Origin: Blastocladiella emersonii ATCC 22665
Lineage: Eukaryota > Fungi > Blastocladiomycota
Reading direction: 5' to 3'
NCBI GenBank assembly: GCA_025594325.1
Contig: JANHCV010000001.1
Location: forward strand, 186,001-250,000
DNA length: 64,000 bases
Numbering within the stretch: position 1 is the first letter of the stretch; each line of letters opens with the position of its first letter. The notes below the pieces were generated by a model, which saw nothing but the letters and a program-made list of their open reading frames with translations, was not told where the DNA came from and made no database searches. The position numbers were made by a program, and so were the translations under genes. Below are positions 58,600 to 64,000 of the stretch, piece by piece.

Positions 58600-60304
58600 A
58601 TGGAGCAAATGAATGAACCGGCTATGAAACCGACCTACAAGGAGACGCTCGCCTCGCCGTGCGGGTGTCCCGACAAGGCCCGCCCGCTAGGCCGCCACTT
58701 CCAGCGTCTTGCCGTGACCGGCGAGCAGTCGGACATCACCGTCACTTTGCACGGTCGAATCTACTCGCTTCACCGCGCGATCCTTACCCAGAGCCCCATG
58801 TTTGCCGCTCTGCTCAACGACGACTGGCACGTTCCGCAGGATGGCTGCGGGCTTCGCCTCGAGTTCACGCTCTCAAAGGACACGAGTGGTGGCTTCGAGA
58901 ATACCTTGTACGCTTGGGAATCGGCGCTCGTTGCGCTTTACGACGGCTGCAGCGGCCTCATGGCCTCCCGTATGTCGGCCGACACATTTCTCGGCGAGCT
59001 TGAAGCGGCGATCTACTTTGGTACGCCATCGTACTCGGTCGGTGCCGCTCGAACAGCCGCCTGACTGCTCCTCCGAATCGCTCGCTCCTAGACCTTCCAC
59101 AGCTCATCGCTGCCTGCTCTTCGTTTTACACCAAGTTGCTCGCCGAGTCCGCGGCTACAGCTAACAGCCCGTCTGCTTCCTTCATTGCGCTGGCTCCGCG
59201 TCTCATGGAATTTTGCTCAACGAAGCGAGTCCCCGTCGCAGTGACCTCGCTACTTAACGCTACAATTTCGCACCTCAAATATCTCGGGCCGCATCCGGTC
59301 ACGCGCGGCGTTCTTCAACAGTGCCCCATGTATCTCGTCCACAACGTCCTGCTTGGTGGGAGCAACTTCTTTGCCCAGTCGGAGCTCGCGCTGTTCAACT
59401 TCCTTTGCGAATTCGACATACAAGTCGCCGATGTTATTCGCGCGGTGCGCTTTAACTGCATGCCTGCTGCTGATCTTGCCCTTGCAACCAAATCTCCGCT
59501 GGCTGCGCGCGATCCCGGCTTTTGTTCCCTCATCATGGCCGCGGCGTACGACACAAATTTACTGCGCGAAGACGTGACCTCGCTTGGCGAGGACGACACC
59601 CGATTTCCCCAAGGGTGGCACCCGATCCAGCAGCAGGCCTTTGGGCGCCCTTATCTTCGCCCAGCTATCGCTTTATTGCCGAGAAGATCGGCTATCGTAG
59701 TGACCTCGGACGACGAGGACGAGGTTGGTGACGGGCAGATTCTCCCCAATTCTGTGGCGGCTGGTGTCCGCGCGGCTGAGCGCGCAACGTACCGCTCTTT
59801 CCTTCAATTCGAGGTCGGTACGGTGCTCGACACCAATGCAACGCTTTGGGGCGACAAGTTCTTCTTTGCAGGAAGCATGTGGCGGCTGCGCATCACTTTC
59901 AAGCGCGACGAAGGGGATGACGACATAACCCTCAGTATTCGATTGTACGCCATCGCCTTGACGCTCAACAGACTTGGTATTGGTAAAAGACGATCGTGCG
60001 GCTCACTTGGTCAACTGCTTGTAGGGCTCGACTGGAACCAAGCGGTGGTTATCGAATGCTCTACAAGGACCCGCGTCGCGCGCCTCACTTTGTGGCCCTC
60101 AACACCACGTACGTGGTCGGCAACGAGCAGGGCGCCGCAACTTCGTACTCGTGGGTGTCGAACGTGCAACGCGGTCAGGCATGGCTTCCTTCGCCGTTCG
60201 AGTTGGGGGCCACCAAGTCCTCCCGCTACTCGAAGCGCGCCCCGCTGCCCGTGATTGATGGGAAGCTTTGCCTTCGGCTGATTGTTGATCTTCGGGCTGT
60301 TTGA
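58600..60304 (+). CDS. BTB-BACK protein, paralogue of 21441..23059, three exons
   Basis: GEQSDITVTLHGRIYSLHRAILTQSPMF, VLQQCPMYLVHNVLLGGSNFFAQSE, FFFAGSMWRL and C-terminal PLPVIDGKLCLRLIVDL. Introns near 59021-59089 and 59945-60025. Confidence 0.75.
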
Positions 60305-60572
60305 ACGCCCTTGTCGTCGAATGCAAATATGTGGAACTTCTCATCCACACAATTTGACCCGATCAGTTGCTTGAGAGGCACGAACGCTGCACGCGTTTGA
60401 GAGTGACCGACGAGTCTTCCAGCAGATCGTTGGCTGACAAGACAGGAAAGTCCCTTTGTGATCGATGCAAGGCACGCGTGACCGTGTCCACGGTCCGTCC
60501 GTCCCTGGCGCCATACAAAAGGAGGGCGTGAGCGTGCTCCAGCTCCCTGCACTCGAGTCGCGCGCCGTCAAC

Positions 60573-61538
60573 ATGTCGGTCCGTGATCAACGCGCACATC
60601 ACTGCAAATGAAACCGCAATGTAACAATGATGATCTAGACATCCTTTGGCGCCGCAACCAACGTACCAGACAACGATCTGCTCAAGCGCCGCCATGTGAT
60701 CAACTACGCGGCCAACAACAGCTATTACAATAGTGGCTACGGGATCGGTCATCCTAGCACTAGCTTCAGCAGCTCCACAACCACTTTGCCGCCGGACTTT
60801 GCCAAGGGAACATACCGCGTTTCCATGGAGCATTACGACAACGGACAGTTTAACTGCAACCTTTCGATCAACTTCAGCCGCCAGGATACGTTTGGCATCA
60901 TGTGTCGGGTCACCTTTGGCAAGGCGGGCACCTTGGCGCTTGCCGCTGACACGGAGGCGAGCTTGTCTAACTGCGAGATTCGGTTTCCTGGCAAGATCGA
61001 TCTTAAACTCAGGCCAGCGCACATGGATGTTGAATTCTCAAAGATGGGCACCGCTTTGCTTTGGCAGCAGCCCTCGACCACTGCTACTCCTCAAATCATC
61101 TCGACCTTCAACAAGTCCGAGCTGTGCGACGCCTCGATCCTTCCCGCGTCCTCGACCGTCCCGCTTTACGTGTCGCGTGCAGTGCTTTCCTCGGCGTCCT
61201 CCTTCTTCAACCGCATGTTCACTGGTGACTGGGCCGAATCTACTTGCAACAAGCGAGCCATTCCGATGTCGTCTTGGCGACCCGCCGCGCTCGTCCTTGC
61301 GATCGCTCACCTTTATTCCGGCTGGCTGCCTGGCGACGACCTTCACCAGGAGATCACCTCGGCTCTTGATGACTACAATCTCGAGTACTCGAAGCTTAGC
61401 ACTCACGACTGGCTCAACACGTTCGAGCTTGCCGGAATGCTCGAGCTCCCGACCTTCGCGGCCAAGGTCCGCTACCAGATGATGGCCGAGATGGATCGAC
61501 AGCTCGCCGTCATGGGCAAGGGCCAGTCGACCCGGTAG
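60573..61538 (+). CDS. Protein with N-terminal beta-rich domain and C-terminal BTB/POZ domain
   Basis: ATG TCG, then a GTCCGT..TAG intron (about 60579-60636) into the track ORF 60696..61538. BTB text CDASIL...LYVSRAVLSSASSFFNRMFTGDWAES...FELAGMLELPTF. Confidence 0.7.
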
Positions 61539-61777
61539 AGGCCAAGGTCTAGGCGCTGATGTTCTGTTGTATGAATGTTGTTCAATTGTTTCGTTTTGAC
61601 TTGATCGTTCGCGTCCGTGATGGTTTTCGTGATCGAGGTCACGCCAGCTCGCGACGCGACGGTGACTCGAATCGCGCGGCGCGCCGTCGCGCTCCGAATC
61701 GGCGGCTGCCCGAATACCCCACCTCCTCGTGTAAGCAGAGCACTTCTCATGAATCGGCGGGACTCTATGCAATCGCC

Positions 61778-64000
61778 ATGAACATCCAGCCTCGCTCCAC
61801 GTATACCGCGGGCGGCACGCTCGACGACGACCCGCCGCCGCCGCTGCCGCTCGCCTTCCAGCGCGAGCTCGTGACCGAGGTCCTGTCCGAGGACAGCGGT
61901 CTCGTTGTGATCGCGCGCGGCCTCGGCTGCACCCAGATCATCCGCTTCTTCGTCGAGACGTTTGCGAAGCCGACGTGTCTCGTCTTCGTGCTCGACGCGG
62001 GCCGAAAGTCGACAGCACCCGACGCGGCGATCGTCGACGTTGACGGGACCGGCATGCTTCGCGCACACGTCCACGTCGTGACGGCAGAGACCAACGCGCA
62101 GCAGCGGTACGCATGGATCTGGATCTGTCGGACTTGACCTTTTCGCAGTGCTGACTTGCCACGCTGGTCTGCAGCCAGCAGTCGTACCTCAAGGGCGGCG
62201 TGTTCCTGGTCACGCCGCAGATTCTCGTCGCCGACATGCTCAACAACGTGGTCCCGATCCACTTGATCACCGGCTTCCTCATCCGAAATGCGGAACGGTA
62301 CGGATTTCTTCGCCACCCAGGCTCGCCACAAAACGTTAACCTCACTCCCGCTACAGAGTCACCGACCTGTCGACCGAGGCTTGGATCCTGCGGCTGTTCC
62401 GGCAGGGTAACCAGGCGGGCTTCATCCGCGCGTTTAGCGAGCGCCCCGAGCCGCTCGTAACGGGCTTCGCGGCGCTCGAGCGCACGCTCAAGAACCTGCA
62501 GGTCCGCAAGGTGTTTGCGTGGCCGCGCTTCCACGTCCACGTCGCCGAGAACCTCGCTGCGCAGCCCGTCGACACGGTCGAACTCCACGTCGACATGACG
62601 CCGTCGATGCAGCTCGCGCAGTCGGCGCTGCTTCGCCTCATCTCCATGTGCATCGCCGAGCTGCGCCCGCTGCTGCCCGACCTCGCCTTCGAGTCGTTCG
62701 AGGAGGGCACAGGCGCCGACGTGGATCCGAACCTCGAGGTGGCCCTCGACAACCCGACGACGCGGCGCCGGCGCACGCGGTTCGTCAACCGGTCCGCCGC
62801 CATGTCGCTCGCCGATGCGTACGTCAACTACGGGCCCGCGGCGATCGGCCTGGTCCGCCCGCCGCCGCCGGGGACCCGCGCGCGCGGGCTGTGGCACGAC
62901 CTGCAGCTGCTGCGCGCGCTGCTCGACTACCTCGCCGAGTACGACGCGGTCTCGTTCCTGACGTTCCTCGAGACCGTGTACGCCGAGTGCGCGCCGGGCA
63001 CCGGCAGCGTGTTCCGTTCGGCCGCGCGCGAGTGCATGTGGATCCTGACCGACGAGGCGGCGAACCTGCTGACGGTCAGCCGCGAGCGCGTGTACCGCAC
63101 CGTGGCGGCGCTCGAAGATGATGTGGACCGCGACGCGCACCTGCGCCGCGCCGAGCACGCCACGGGGACCCGCGCCACGCTCGAGGTGCTCCCCAAGTGG
63201 CAAATCCTGCGCTCGGTGCTCGAGGAGGTGCACGCCGACCCCGTGTACCGCGACCCGGAAACGGGCGCGCCGACCGCGCCCGACGGCCACCGCACCCGCA
63301 TCCTCATCGTGTGCCGCGAGCGCAAGGCCGCCGCGCAGATCGGCTCGTTTCTCGTCAGCGGCGAGGCCGGGATCAAGCGCCACTTTTTGCGGTACCTCGA
63401 GTGGAAGGGCAAGCTCAAGGGTCTCGAGGACCTCGTCCGCGGGAGTGGTACTGGACCGGCGGCTGAGGAGCAGGCGCCGGCTCGTCGGACGACCGCGAGC
63501 GCGCCCGTACTCCCTGGCTCGATTGCAGCCAAGCGCCGGCGCGTGCGCGGTCCTCAGGCGGTTCCCGAGGTGCCTTCCGCGCGCAGGGCGACCGCCAACC
63601 CCGCGCAGCCCATGGATCCGCTCTCGGTGGCGGTGCGCTCGGCCGAGGCGGTCCTGTACCAGGCGCTGTTCGCCGAGGACGAGTCGAGCGGTGTCGAGGG
63701 GTCGGCTGCGGCGGAAGGCGAGAGCGAGGACGAGGACAGCGCCGAAGATGGAGCTCACGGTGACGACGAGGAGGAAGAGGAGGAAGAGGAGGAAGAGGAG
63801 CCTACGCACGACTCGACCCTCGCGCCGGCGCCGCCGTTCGTCGCGCACGACTCGGAGATCTACGTGCGGGTCGCGTCGCACATCAACTCGGACCACGACG
63901 ACCGCATGCTGGCCGAGGTGCGGCCGGACGTGATCATCTTGTACGACGCGCTGCCGTCCCTCGTGCGCCAGATCGAGCTGTACCAGGCGACGCGCCGGTC
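61778..64000 (+). CDS. ERCC4: DNA repair endonuclease XPF/RAD1/ERCC4, 5' part (truncated by window end)
   Basis: LPLAFQRELVTEVLSEDSGLVVIARGLG, YLKGGVFLVTPQILVADML, STEAWILRLFRQGNQAGFIRAFSERPE, KVFAWPRFHVHV, LEVLPKWQILRSVLEE and RPDVIILYDA..FVRQIELY. Confidence 0.9.

Noticed and set aside
3419-64000. DNA-repair gene cluster (CMR1, XPA-like F-box, XPF)
   Set aside because: The genes are spread over 60 kb among unrelated genes, which is compatible with chance.

Overview
Gene-dense, GC-rich eukaryotic DNA with short GT..AG introns (mostly about 45-90 nt, donors GTACG/GTCCG/GTGCG). Fungal genes (Zn2Cys6 factor, STB6-like, CMR1, NEM1, OAC1-like) occur together with flagellar genes (IFT140, CATSPER2, FAM92/CIBAR, K40 alpha-tubulin). 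This points to a zoosporic fungus, most likely Blastocladiomycota (Allomyces/Blastocladiella-like; inference). About 24 protein-coding genes were modelled by hand, with no rRNA, tRNA, CRISPR or recognisable transposon. Most striking are: a multi-pass membrane protein with five PAS domains, three of them keeping the FixL heme-ligating His motif, and no catalytic output domain; CATSPER2 directly upstream of a class C-type 7TM receptor that has a bacterial-type sugar-binding ectodomain and a C-terminal PH domain; a recurrent G(A/C)GACGCGT promoter motif clustered upstream of the flagellar and sensory genes; an OAC1-like carrier with a C-terminal EF-hand; an F-box protein fused to an XPA-like DNA-binding core; and lower-GC BTB/F-box adaptor genes, one possibly interrupted by a stop codon. 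All family assignments come from motif recognition without database searches.
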